Position numbers and translations under genes: made by a program | The notes under the pieces: generated by a model | Told to the model about the DNA's origin: nothing | What the model saw: only the letters and a program-made list of their open reading frames with translations | Database searches by the model: none | Source of the DNA: Oceanispirochaeta sp. | Lineage (GTDB): Bacteria > Spirochaetota > Spirochaetia > DSM-2461 | Reading direction: 5' to 3' | Assembly: GCA_963666275.2 (NCBI GenBank) | Contig: CAXXOA010000001.1 | Location: 2,144,001 to 2,208,000 of the forward strand | Length of the DNA stretch: 64,000 bases | Part shown: positions 48,144 through 57,026 of the stretch, in pieces | Position numbering within the stretch: position 1 is the first letter of the stretch | Layout: every line of letters begins with the position of its first letter

Positions 48144-51100
48144 TTAAAACTCCCTCTGTAAATCCTCAATCACATCATCAATAAAAACAGTTCTATTTGT
48201 TTTTCTGATTTCACCCCCGGCATGCCCCACCGAATGACTCTGCGTCTTCGCCAGCATCCTCTGCTCTCCATACTCCCCCTGCCCCAGTGCCATCTTATCC
48301 GCCTCATAATTCGCATTAATCCGATCCATCCGATCCATCTGCCCCGGCATCTCCTGCCTGCCGAACTGAGGAGGCACAAAGCCCTGCCCACCAGCTGGCT
48401 GTCCCATAAAAGGAGTCGCCCCGGAAGCAGCCCCCCGGCTCATTCCTCCGGGATGGGACAAGGTATCAGGATTCCAGACAGAACCAGCCTGATTCTGCCT
48501 GACAGCTTTTACCGCAGCCGGTTTCCCATTCCTAAATGGAATAATATTCCCCTGTCCAGAGAGCCCGGGAGTGTTTGGCTGTCGCAATGTCAGCCGGGAC
48601 GGAGGTGTAAAATCTGTTGCGGAAACAGAACTACCTTTTACGGCTATTGCAGTTTTCTCTATGGGATTGGTTCCGGAGGGAATTGAACTTGTGGGACCGG
48701 AAGAAACTGAGGCTTCCGGAAATACCAGATTCTCCACCCGGGATCCAATAGCCTGGGATTTCAAAGCCTGAACGTGGTTCCTGGAAGGATTGATCCTATA
48801 CCCCAGGTTTCGATAGCCCTGACCACCGAAAGAAGCGGTTGCCATAGGGATCCGTTTGCTGACCCGGGGGATTCGGCTTATTGGCGCGGCTTTTTGCGGC
48901 GTCATACCGGACAAAAGAGAGGGAGCCGAAACTCCCTGACTTCCAACAGTACGGGTCATGGCCTGTTTTATAGGGCTCCGCATAGCGGAAGGAACGCCCT
49001 CCCACTGGCCGGAAGCTGCAGAAGCAATCAGAGGGATTAACTCCTCTCTCGGGAGAATCAATTCAGGTGTTACACCGCCCTCTTCATAAAAGGTATCTGC
49101 CACAGCCTGTATGACCTCACTCTGTTCAGGAACAAACGTGGTGATCGGAGGAATCACCATATTTGTTCCAGCTTTAATCTGGGACACACCAGAGACTTTT
49201 CCTGAGGCAATCATACTCTGCTGTTTTTCTATTGAGGATATACCGGAAGTACCCAGTTTACTCTCCAGCCGGTTTTTCAACAGATCAAACTCATCCCCGG
49301 TAAAAGCCTGCGACTCCCACTGTTTCACCGCCTCAGCGCTGACAGTTTCACTCAGCCCCGCCTTGCGGTAGACCGCCCTCACTTCTTCCAGCTGAGCCCG
49401 ACTCAAAGGACCGGCCCCCTCTGAGGGAACCGACAGAACAGCCAGAAGATCTCCCGTCAGGGGGAGGACTGTTTCGGGGAGGACAGCCGGCAGGGTCTCT
49501 TCGCTGGTGCCTCTTACAGAACCGCCCTTTTCCAGGACCAGTCCGGTTGAAACGTCCAGAGGTTTGTACAGGCTCTCACGGGGAACCGACTTCACCGGGG
49601 CGGCCATAAGGGCGGCGCTGTCCAGGACTATTCCCAGGGACTCTTCAAAATAGACCTCTTTGGAGGCTATATTCCCTGCATCGGGGCTCTTCCTGTTTAT
49701 GGCATCCACCGAACGGACCAGGTCGCCTACGGTCATCCCTGTACTCATCTGTACCGTCCGGTATTCAGCCAGAGCGGATGACAGCTTTTTGTTAAACCCC
49801 TTCCGGTCCACAGGGGGAATATTCAGTTTTCCGACGGTTTCTTTCAGAGAAGCAGCCTCTCCTTCGGTCAGCTTTGAAGCCGCAGAGGCTTTCTCCAGGT
49901 CTGCTGACTGAAAGAAATCAAATTCCTTTGGAGATCCTGCTTGTCCGAAGGGCTTTTTCCCCTGGCACAACTCTCCCAGAGACACTTTGCCGGTCAGAAC
50001 CGCATCGGACTGCTTCCCTGTTTTCCCCAGACCACTGTTCCAGGCTTCATCCAGAACAGCCGTATCATCCAGTGTCGTATCCTGCAGCAAAGGCAGAACC
50101 GCTGAGATAAAGGGCATCACATGACCCAGTTCTTCACCGGACACTTCTTCACCTTTCCTGTCCAGCCAGGCCTCCGCTTCGGGAGTCAGATCAGAGGCAA
50201 TGGCATCCCGGTCTTCTTTAATAAAAGGATTAAGAGGAAGCTCTATCACCTCCTCTCCCGCACTCAGAATCTCTCCGGCCTGCTTATTAGTTAGGCCGCT
50301 CTCTTTCAGCCGGGCAAAGGCTCCCAGAGTCAGACTGGCCGCTGCGGCCTCTTCCCGTTCACTGCGGTCAGCCTGAACCAAGTCTCGGGTCTCGGTGCTT
50401 CCTTCTTCCAGAATTTTCACACCCTTCCCCAACTTCTCCCGGTACACCTTTTTCACCTCATCCGGTGTTCCCTGGGGAAGGACGACTCCCACAGGGGAGG
50501 TTCCCTTCAGTTCAGCTTCCACCCTCTTCCAGGCGGCATCCGGATCGTTTTTTACAGCCCCGTAGAGCTCTCCCTCCAGGGTGTAGTAGTACTCTTCCTC
50601 TTCCTGTACCAGTAACAGAGCGGTATCAAATATAACCGGGCCGTCCAGGGTAGAGACCATCCGGATCTCCCTGGTTTGACCTTCCGGCTCGGCGGTAATG
50701 CCCCCTTGCCGGCCGCTTGTCTCATCCACCATAACCCAGTCGCCCTCTTTGTTCAGAGCGCCGAACCAGCCCTGTTTCTCCACCCGGTAGTTGGGGTCAT
50801 ACTTTTCCCGGTTCCAGTCAAAACCGCCTTTGTCACTGGTCCGGTCAAACCGGAGCCGGGCTTTTTCTTTGTTATAGGTTTCGCTGACGCTGCCGTCTCC
50901 ATAGAGGTAGATCCGGGATGAACCTGTTTCGGCGGCAGAGTTTTTCTTTATTCTATTCCGGCGCATTCCGGCGGGTTTCAGATCTTCCAGATTCCGGCCC
51001 AGGCTCTCCAGATGTTTTTCTGTTAACACAGTCATAGCCCCGGTGGTTCCGGCAAAACTCCAGAGCATCTGCTGGCTGCTGCGGTTCAAAAGCATATCTT

Positions 51101-51362
51101 TCCGGAAGGCATCGATCCGTTCGGAATCTCTTCTTCCTCCGGGGAAGAACTCATCGGGGTTGAAAAACACAGAGTCCTGTTCTGCCTGGCCGGAAGCCAC
51201 GAGCTGGGACTCTATACTGTGCCGGGCCTCTTCTTTCCGGGCCTCCCCTTCGGGGCCGTCCAGACTCAGACCTTCCTCATAGAGATCAAAGGCCTTCTGA
51301 ATCTCTTCGTCCTTCTTTGTATAAGAGTCCTTTGAAAAATAGCTCAGCAGTTCGTCAATCAT
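48144..51362 (-). CDS. Large protein at the tape-measure position of the CIS locus, with a repeated/swappable C-terminus
   Basis: About 1070 aa, directly after the chaperone/frameshift pair. ATG 51362 follows AAGGGGTG (the ORF is open to 51407). Its low-complexity P/G/S/Q C-terminus is duplicated three times downstream. Confidence 0.65.
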   Translation of the reverse strand: MIDELLSYFSKDSYTKKDEEIQKAFDLYEEGLSLDGPEGEARKEEARHSIESQLVASGQAEQDSVFFNPDEFFPGGRRDSERIDAFRKDMLLNRSSQQMLWSFAGTTGAMTVLTEKHLESLGRNLEDLKPAGMRRNRIKKNSAAETGSSRIYLYGDGSVSETYNKEKARLRFDRTSDKGGFDWNREKYDPNYRVEKQGWFGALNKEGDWVMVDETSGRQGGITAEPEGQTREIRMVSTLDGPVIFDTALLLVQEEEEYYYTLEGELYGAVKNDPDAAWKRVEAELKGTSPVGVVLPQGTPDEVKKVYREKLGKGVKILEEGSTETRDLVQADRSEREEAAAASLTLGAFARLKESGLTNKQAGEILSAGEEVIELPLNPFIKEDRDAIASDLTPEAEAWLDRKGEEVSGEELGHVMPFISAVLPLLQDTTLDDTAVLDEAWNSGLGKTGKQSDAVLTGKVSLGELCQGKKPFGQAGSPKEFDFFQSADLEKASAASKLTEGEAASLKETVGKLNIPPVDRKGFNKKLSSALAEYRTVQMSTGMTVGDLVRSVDAINRKSPDAGNIASKEVYFEESLGIVLDSAALMAAPVKSVPRESLYKPLDVSTGLVLEKGGSVRGTSEETLPAVLPETVLPLTGDLLAVLSVPSEGAGPLSRAQLEEVRAVYRKAGLSETVSAEAVKQWESQAFTGDEFDLLKNRLESKLGTSGISSIEKQQSMIASGKVSGVSQIKAGTNMVIPPITTFVPEQSEVIQAVADTFYEEGGVTPELILPREELIPLIASAASGQWEGVPSAMRSPIKQAMTRTVGSQGVSAPSLLSGMTPQKAAPISRIPRVSKRIPMATASFGGQGYRNLGYRINPSRNHVQALKSQAIGSRVENLVFPEASVSSGPTSSIPSGTNPIEKTAIAVKGSSVSATDFTPPSRLTLRQPNTPGLSGQGNIIPFRNGKPAAVKAVRQNQAGSVWNPDTLSHPGGMSRGAASGATPFMGQPAGGQGFVPPQFGRQEMPGQMDRMDRINANYEADKMALGQGEYGEQRMLAKTQSHSVGHAGGEIRKTNRTVFIDDVIEDLQREF

Positions 51363-51415
51363 ATTTTCACCCCTTTGTTCCCGCTCAAAAACGATCCTCA
51401 CACTCACAAGGATCT

Positions 51416-51622
51416 CTATCTGGTTTGGTCTGCCCGAAGGGCTTCTACATAGTTCCTGGTATCAGAATTGATCCGGTTGTTGATCTTTTCCAGCTCAGCA
51501 AGCCAGCGCCGCCGTTCGTTCCGGCTCATATCCAGGACATCCCGTCGGCTCCAGTGAAAGTAGTAGGCCAGGTATGCCGTCTCCCCGTAAATATCTCCGG
51601 AAAGACGGCTTATACTTCCCCC
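51416..51622 (-). CDS. DUF6760-like tail chaperone extension, probably made by -1 frameshift from the upstream gene
   Basis: ETAYLAYYFHWSRRDVLDMSRNERRRWLAELEKIN motif; no convincing own start; lies in the -1 frame after GGGGGAA. Confidence 0.7.
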   Translation of the reverse strand, partial: GGSISRLSGDIYGETAYLAYYFHWSRRDVLDMSRNERRRWLAELEKINNRINSDTRNYVEALRADQTR

Positions 51623-52341
51623 GGGAGACTCAACTCCACCCGGTTCCTGTTCCCGCAGGAACAAAGGTCTTCCCTATCCCGGATCACTCCGTTATTCAGC
51701 TCATTAAAAAGGTCTACCAGAAAAGCAAAATCCGTCGGAGAGAGTTTGGTAATCACACTGTTATTGATGGACCTCTCAGATCCCAGTTTTTTCACCGTCC
51801 GGGTCAAAAGCCCCACATAAAACCACGAAGGGTTCTCTCTTGTTCTGGGATCCCGGTAAAGAGTCAGGAAATCCCGGCACCGGGCCATTGCCATCTCACC
51901 CCGCACTTTCGACCCCATCTCCGGTTTTAATCCGCTCCCATGGGGTAAACGGAAAGGGCATCTCTCTTTAATCTCATCTACAGCTGTATTCGCAAAAAGA
52001 GAACTGACCGCCAGATCCCTTTTATTCCCGCAGACCGGACATCGGTAGGAGATCTGTTCCCCCTCATTGCGGCTGTTAAAGAGCAACTGGAGATACACAA
52101 AATCCGCCTCGTACAGATCCTCCAGAGTCTCAGCGGTCACTGAGGATAAACTTCCCAGAGAGGAGATCAGCCGGGACAAAAGTTCCAGATCCCTCTGCCG
52201 GTCGTTAAACCGCACACTGTCCAGCTCCTGCAGCACAAGTTCATCTTCCGCTGTGGCATCCCTTAAAAATCCTGTTCTATGGATCACACCATCCTTATCT
52301 TTCAGCCCTAAAGGCAGAGTAAACTCACATCCGGCAGTCAT
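51610..52341 (-). CDS. Phage-like tail assembly chaperone (tandem duplicated domain)
   Basis: FTLPLG..D.DG..HR.G..R.ATAEDE...LYEADF.YLQ..FN and a second copy FRLPHG...LSPTDFAFL..LFNELN; CPVC and CSC motifs; ends ...LPGEV. Confidence 0.75.
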   Translation of the reverse strand: MTAGCEFTLPLGLKDKDGVIHRTGFLRDATAEDELVLQELDSVRFNDRQRDLELLSRLISSLGSLSSVTAETLEDLYEADFVYLQLLFNSRNEGEQISYRCPVCGNKRDLAVSSLFANTAVDEIKERCPFRLPHGSGLKPEMGSKVRGEMAMARCRDFLTLYRDPRTRENPSWFYVGLLTRTVKKLGSERSINNSVITKLSPTDFAFLVDLFNELNNGVIRDREDLCSCGNRNRVELSLPGEV

Positions 52342-52532
52342 GACAGCTTCTCCAGTTTTTGTTCAACGTATTGATTCATTTTTTCGATAGTTTCCAAATC
52401 CAGAGGTTCAAAGGCAAACTCTCTGTAAATATCATCCAGAATCGCCCGGGCCTGATCAGGATAGGGAAAGTCGATTAATTCAAGGTCACCGGTATTTCGG
52501 TTCACTTTCAGGTATTTTCTGTCGTCACTCAT
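52338..52532 (-). CDS. Small hypothetical protein in CIS operon
   Basis: 64 aa; overlaps both neighbouring genes at start and stop. Confidence 0.6.
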   Translation of the reverse strand: MSDDRKYLKVNRNTGDLELIDFPYPDQARAILDDIYREFAFEPLDLETIEKMNQYVEQKLEKLS

Positions 52533-52900
52533 CAGTTCATCTCCAATTGCCTGAAACGGGGGGCCGATTCATCCCGATGTTCTGTCGCCGAAGGAGCCGG
52601 TTTCATAACCTCTTCTTCCTCATGAGAAATTTCGATCCGCCGGCCGCCTCTTTTCCAGACGACCCTTCCGCCTTCCACGACAAAATCCCGGAATTCCGCA
52701 AAATCATATTTATCCTTTAAATAGAGCATTAAAGAGGTAAAATTGGGGATTTCCGGATCTGCTGCAGAAACAGAAGCCTGAGGAGAGGCCGAGGAATTGG
52801 AACCTTTTTTGTTATACTCCTCATAAAGCATACAAAACCCATCGGTCAGAACCTCACGGCTCAAGTTGTTCAGCCCGGTCATTAAGCTATCATTATCCAC
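52532..52900 (-). CDS. Hypothetical protein in CIS operon
   Basis: GTG start at 52900 after GAGGAG; ends ...RFRQLEMN. Confidence 0.6.
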   Translation of the reverse strand: MDNDSLMTGLNNLSREVLTDGFCMLYEEYNKKGSNSSASPQASVSAADPEIPNFTSLMLYLKDKYDFAEFRDFVVEGGRVVWKRGGRRIEISHEEEEVMKPAPSATEHRDESAPRFRQLEMN

Positions 52901-53621
52901 AAAGAATCTCCTCTTCAAATTTGACCCAGCTCCCCTCCGGCCGGGAGGGGACGTAAGGCAGATTATCCATGCCGGAAGGATTTCCCTGACATCCAAGAAA
53001 AATGACATCCTCACGCTCTGTCAAATCCCAGTCAACATGAGAGAATACACAGTTCAGAAACACACAGCGATCCAGATGGGAAAAGGCAAAAAACGTCCCG
53101 GAGATATGACACCCCATAAACAGGGAATCGCTGATGTTCGTGTGTTTCAAACCAGTGATACCTGAGGGATGGTCTGCCGCAAAAGAACTATTAACAGCGC
53201 AGATGGAGTTCAAAACACCATGGCTGATTTCCGGTTCGATCATGGCAAAATTCTTGAGCCGCACCGAGTCCATTTTCAATCGGGGTCCAGAGCATCCTCT
53301 GAAAGAACCACCATAAAAAGAGGTGTTTCTGATATGAGAACCTCGGAGCTGAGTACTGATAAAAGAACTGTTCGAAAAAGAAGAATCTGAAATCACCATC
53401 AGCTGTAAAGAGCACTGATCAACTACCCCGTTGCAAACCAGGGAGGAGCAAATAATCCCCTGATCCATAACAGCCCGGTACAGGGCAGGCATATCCAGTT
53501 GTTTCCCGGCAAACTTCAACTCGGGAAAAGAACCTTCATTCATTTGCCAGTTTTTCAGCAGAGTACTGTTTATAAGCTCATCCCTGATAAGAGTAAGACA
53601 GCCGGATCCCTGAAAAATCAT
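52893..53621 (-). CDS. Pentapeptide-repeat protein
   Basis: SSFSN-SSFIS-TQLRG-SHIRN-TSFYG-GSFRG and SLFMG...CVFLN-CVFSH periodicity. Confidence 0.7.
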   Translation of the reverse strand: MIFQGSGCLTLIRDELINSTLLKNWQMNEGSFPELKFAGKQLDMPALYRAVMDQGIICSSLVCNGVVDQCSLQLMVISDSSFSNSSFISTQLRGSHIRNTSFYGGSFRGCSGPRLKMDSVRLKNFAMIEPEISHGVLNSICAVNSSFAADHPSGITGLKHTNISDSLFMGCHISGTFFAFSHLDRCVFLNCVFSHVDWDLTEREDVIFLGCQGNPSGMDNLPYVPSRPEGSWVKFEEEILCG

Positions 53622-53827
53622 TTTTCAGTTTCTCCGTAAATATGAACCTTTTCGTTATCATCTTCTTTGTAATACTCAGAGGTTTTTTCTCTCTGCTGCA
53701 CAATTCCCAGGGCTTCTTCAAACTCTTTTGTCATTTCCAGACAACTTGAACCGTCCACTCCCTGAACATGAATCTGAACATCGCCGTTTTTATCAATTGT
53801 TATTTCCAGTTCCTGCTTTTTTGCCAT
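53618..53827 (-). CDS. DUF2997 family protein
   Basis: LEITIDKNGDVQIHVQGVDGSSCLEMTKEFEEALG...TSEYY. Confidence 0.85.
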   Translation of the reverse strand: MAKKQELEITIDKNGDVQIHVQGVDGSSCLEMTKEFEEALGIVQQREKTSEYYKEDDNEKVHIYGETEK

Positions 53828-53847
53828 AATCTATCCTTCTAACGCCC

Positions 53848-55380
53848 TTATACCATTTCCAGTTTCCGGGCGCTCTCTTCGTCTTCCATAAAACTGATTT
53901 CACTGGCCTTACGGGCTCTTAAATCCGCCCAGTTCCTGATATTCTTAATCTCCTCACTCATGGTCTGAGAGAGAGGGATCATGGAGCCCACCGAACCATT
54001 CAAGATCTCCTGGTCGATATCACAGCCCTTATCGAAGGCATCGTATAAGGCACTGATAACGACTTCTTCAATTTCAGAACCAGAGTACCCCCGGCATAGT
54101 CTGGAGAGATGCTCCAGATCATAGTTTTCCGGGTTCCGGTTCCTTTTATTCAGATGAATCCTGAAAATCTCTTTCCGTTCCTGATGATTGGGCAGATCGA
54201 TGAAAAAAATCTCGTCAAAACGCCCTTTTCTAAGCAGTTCAGGGGGCAACTGAGAGATGTTATTGGATGTGGCCACCACAAAAACGGGACTGGTTTTTTC
54301 CTGCAGCCAGGTTAGAAAAGTACCGAAAACACGGGCGGAAGTACCCCCGTCAGTCATCCCGGATGATCCCATACCGGAAAACCCCTTTTCCAGCTCATCC
54401 AGCCATAAAATGGAAGGCGCGATGGATTCAGCCGTCTGTATGGCTTTCCGGACATTCTCCTCACTGCTTCCCACCAGGCTGGAAAAGACTTTTCCCACAT
54501 CCAGACGCAAAAGGGGAAGCTGCCACAGTGAGCTGACGGCCTTGGCTGTCAGAGACTTACCGCAGCCTGGAATACCGATCATCAGAATTCCCTTTGGTTC
54601 GGGCAGACCGAAATCCCTGGCCTCTTTGGTAAAGGCTTTGCTCCTTTTATTCAGCCACTGCTTCAGATTTTCCAGACCGCCGATTTCGGCCATCTTTTCA
54701 TGGGAACGGTAGTACTCCAGAACCCCGGATTTCCGGATAATCTGTTCCTTTTCCGAAAGGATCACGGAAATATCAAACTGGCCGGTTTGCACCAGTGATT
54801 TGGCAAACACATTTTCTGCTTCTTCCGCGGTCAGCCCCAAAGCCGCTTCCACGACTTTTTCTTTCTGCACGGAACCGTCCCATAAGGCGGCCTGATTGGG
54901 GAGCGAACCTGTAATCTCATCAATTATTCTCTCCAGTGTTGCCTTATCGGGCAGATCGAAATCTACAATGGTAACATCTTTTTCAATGTCCAGAGGAACT
55001 TTCAGAATGGGGGACAGGAGAATCACATTTTTCATGCTGATTTTCAGTTCCCGGCTGATATCCCGGAGTTTCCTCACCACCACGGGGTCATTCAGAAAGG
55101 GATGGAAATCCCGCAAAAGGAACAGACCATTCACATCACTCTCCAGAATATGATCCAGAGCTTTGATCGGCTCCCGCAGATCAGCGGCGCTGCTGCCGTC
55201 GTCCGATTCCAGCCCCTTCGTAACAGACCAGATAAAAAATCTCTTACTTCTGCCATGGGCAATACCCTTCAGAGTCTCTTCCACCCGTTTCTCTTCACTG
55301 GATATGATATTGATAAGGGGATACCTGGCCCGGATCAGGACCTCGATTCTCTCTTTAATGCTTAAGTTTTCTGCTGTCAT
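53848..55380 (-). CDS. Ycf46-like AAA+ ATPase
   Basis: [48 protein letters not shown] and [13 protein letters not shown] motifs. Confidence 0.9.
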   Translation of the reverse strand: MTAENLSIKERIEVLIRARYPLINIISSEEKRVEETLKGIAHGRSKRFFIWSVTKGLESDDGSSAADLREPIKALDHILESDVNGLFLLRDFHPFLNDPVVVRKLRDISRELKISMKNVILLSPILKVPLDIEKDVTIVDFDLPDKATLERIIDEITGSLPNQAALWDGSVQKEKVVEAALGLTAEEAENVFAKSLVQTGQFDISVILSEKEQIIRKSGVLEYYRSHEKMAEIGGLENLKQWLNKRSKAFTKEARDFGLPEPKGILMIGIPGCGKSLTAKAVSSLWQLPLLRLDVGKVFSSLVGSSEENVRKAIQTAESIAPSILWLDELEKGFSGMGSSGMTDGGTSARVFGTFLTWLQEKTSPVFVVATSNNISQLPPELLRKGRFDEIFFIDLPNHQERKEIFRIHLNKRNRNPENYDLEHLSRLCRGYSGSEIEEVVISALYDAFDKGCDIDQEILNGSVGSMIPLSQTMSEEIKNIRNWADLRARKASEISFMEDEESARKLEMV

Positions 55381-55413
55381 AAATTTGATTCCTTCTTTGT
55401 ACCCGATTCATGT

Positions 55414-55968
55414 CTAAATGCCTGTTAAAACTAACTCACCATTGGTGTGAATAATGATCTCTTTTTCCACCAGACAGGTTCTTCTCTTCCTCTTCATCAA
55501 CCTGCCGTTTTCCGAAAGGGCTATAATCCTCTGATTCCCCGACCCGGCCCACTCTCCTTCCGGCGGGAGATCCGATCTGTAGGGACCGTCAATCAGCAGA
55601 TCAATCCGAGACAGGAGTTCCCGGGATCCCGGAAGTATTTCCTTTTTCAGATCACAGAAGGAGAATCCACTATACACGATAGAGTTCAGTCCCCTTCCGG
55701 TACACTCCCTGATCAGAGGAGAGAGTTCTCTGGCCTGTAGAAAGGGTTCTCCTCCGGAGATTGTGATTCCTTCCACATCTGCCTTCCTGATCAATGAAAG
55801 CAATTCCTCCAGTTCGTAATCCCGGCCACCCTGAAGAGACGCCGCCGATGGATTGAAACACCCGGTGCAGTTGAGAGGGCACCCCTGGGTCCACAGAACA
55901 AACCGTTTCCCGGGGCCGTTTACAAGAGATGTATCCAGTATGTCATGAACCCTGATAGCCACACTCAT
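55414..55968 (-). CDS. Radical SAM / 4Fe-4S single-cluster protein (NrdG-like activase)
   Basis: VNGPGKR..WTQGCPLNCTGCFNP (CxxxCxxC), ISGGEPF, DLLIDGPY and GSGNQR motifs. Confidence 0.88.
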   Translation of the reverse strand: MSVAIRVHDILDTSLVNGPGKRFVLWTQGCPLNCTGCFNPSAASLQGGRDYELEELLSLIRKADVEGITISGGEPFLQARELSPLIRECTGRGLNSIVYSGFSFCDLKKEILPGSRELLSRIDLLIDGPYRSDLPPEGEWAGSGNQRIIALSENGRLMKRKRRTCLVEKEIIIHTNGELVLTGI

Positions 55969-57014
55969 ACGTCCGTATTCCGTTCCAGTTCACAATGGGT
56001 ACTGTATCCGCTGGAAGCATGGAAATTGTGAAGGACCTTCCGTACAAGATAGGTTCCGGAGAACCTCTCCCCTGTCTCTTTAATTTCCAGAAGACTCCCT
56101 GAGCGGATTCTATTATTTCCTTCGCACACAGCCGACGCTTTCACATAGGTATAGCTGTTGTCAGTGAGTAGAGACAGGGCTTTTTCTTCAGCGCTCTGCT
56201 GATCCGGGCTGTGTTCATCCCTGATGACAAGGGGGCGTTCACCAAAATTCTCTTCTACAAGCTGGGCTCCCAGCTCTCCGTTTCCGGTGCGGTCAGTTAT
56301 AGAAGAAACTTTGGCTATACCTGAAAATCCCTCTCCGGTCATATTATCCCATCCGACAACCTCCACCTGCGTTATGAGTGCTTCCGTATTCCTTCTGGAG
56401 GAAAACTCAACGAGAGTCTTTCCCCACTCAAGAACAATATCCTCCTCCGATTCTATGGCGGATTTAATGAACAGAGTGTCATCCTGAACCCAGAACTTGC
56501 AGTTATACTCTCTTGCCATGTTTCTCAGAAAATCAAAATCGTACTGATCCTTCTGAACTCTCACCACATGCTCTTTCGAAAGGGCATCCGTATCCGCTGA
56601 GAGTCCGTATTCAGAGGAGATTTCAGCAATAATATCCGCATCGGTGGTTTCATTGAAAACTCTATGTTTTCTCACTTTGAGGAGGCGGTGCATTTTATTG
56701 GAGCAGTTCAGAATCAGCGTGGCATCGGCATTTTTGCGGAACATAACCTCGCTGCCTGTAATCTCACCGTTAAAGACCTCTTCAACCGCATCCTTAAAGC
56801 CCAAAAGAACCGAAACAGACTGGGCCAGTTCAAAATCCGGGGAATCTATCCATTTTTTTTCTATATCCGATAGGATAATCCGGCAGGTGGAAGGTGTATT
56901 GAACTGATCCTTTACCTGAATCTGACGGACAGAAGCTTCATGTTCCACCCCCAGACGGGTCCCGTTGATATACACAATAAAAGTGGGGGTCAAAGTCACA
57001 TTTTCATCGGCCAT
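55965..57014 (-). CDS. Phage late control D / gp27-like baseplate hub (N-terminal VgrG-like part)
   Basis: VFNGEITG, TDADIIAEI, Q..Q.DFDFL..MA, LEWGKTL.EF, G.RFSGTYLV..V.H and GYST motifs. Confidence 0.85.
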   Translation of the reverse strand: MADENVTLTPTFIVYINGTRLGVEHEASVRQIQVKDQFNTPSTCRIILSDIEKKWIDSPDFELAQSVSVLLGFKDAVEEVFNGEITGSEVMFRKNADATLILNCSNKMHRLLKVRKHRVFNETTDADIIAEISSEYGLSADTDALSKEHVVRVQKDQYDFDFLRNMAREYNCKFWVQDDTLFIKSAIESEEDIVLEWGKTLVEFSSRRNTEALITQVEVVGWDNMTGEGFSGIAKVSSITDRTGNGELGAQLVEENFGERPLVIRDEHSPDQQSAEEKALSLLTDNSYTYVKASAVCEGNNRIRSGSLLEIKETGERFSGTYLVRKVLHNFHASSGYSTHCELERNTDV

Positions 57015-57026
57015 GAGAACTCCTTT

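Noticed and set aside
38896..48512. CRISPR array or integron attC cassettes
   Set aside because: The repeats are 280-650 bp coding segments of unequal length; no short regularly spaced repeats, cas genes or integron integrase.
38896..48910. Diversity-generating retroelement (TR/VR pairs)
   Set aside because: No reverse transcriptase in the window, and differences between copies are not adenine-specific; they look like ordinary allelic divergence.
55414..55968. True nrdG of anaerobic ribonucleotide reductase
   Set aside because: No nrdD nearby and the gene is embedded in the CIS operon, so the symbol was withheld.
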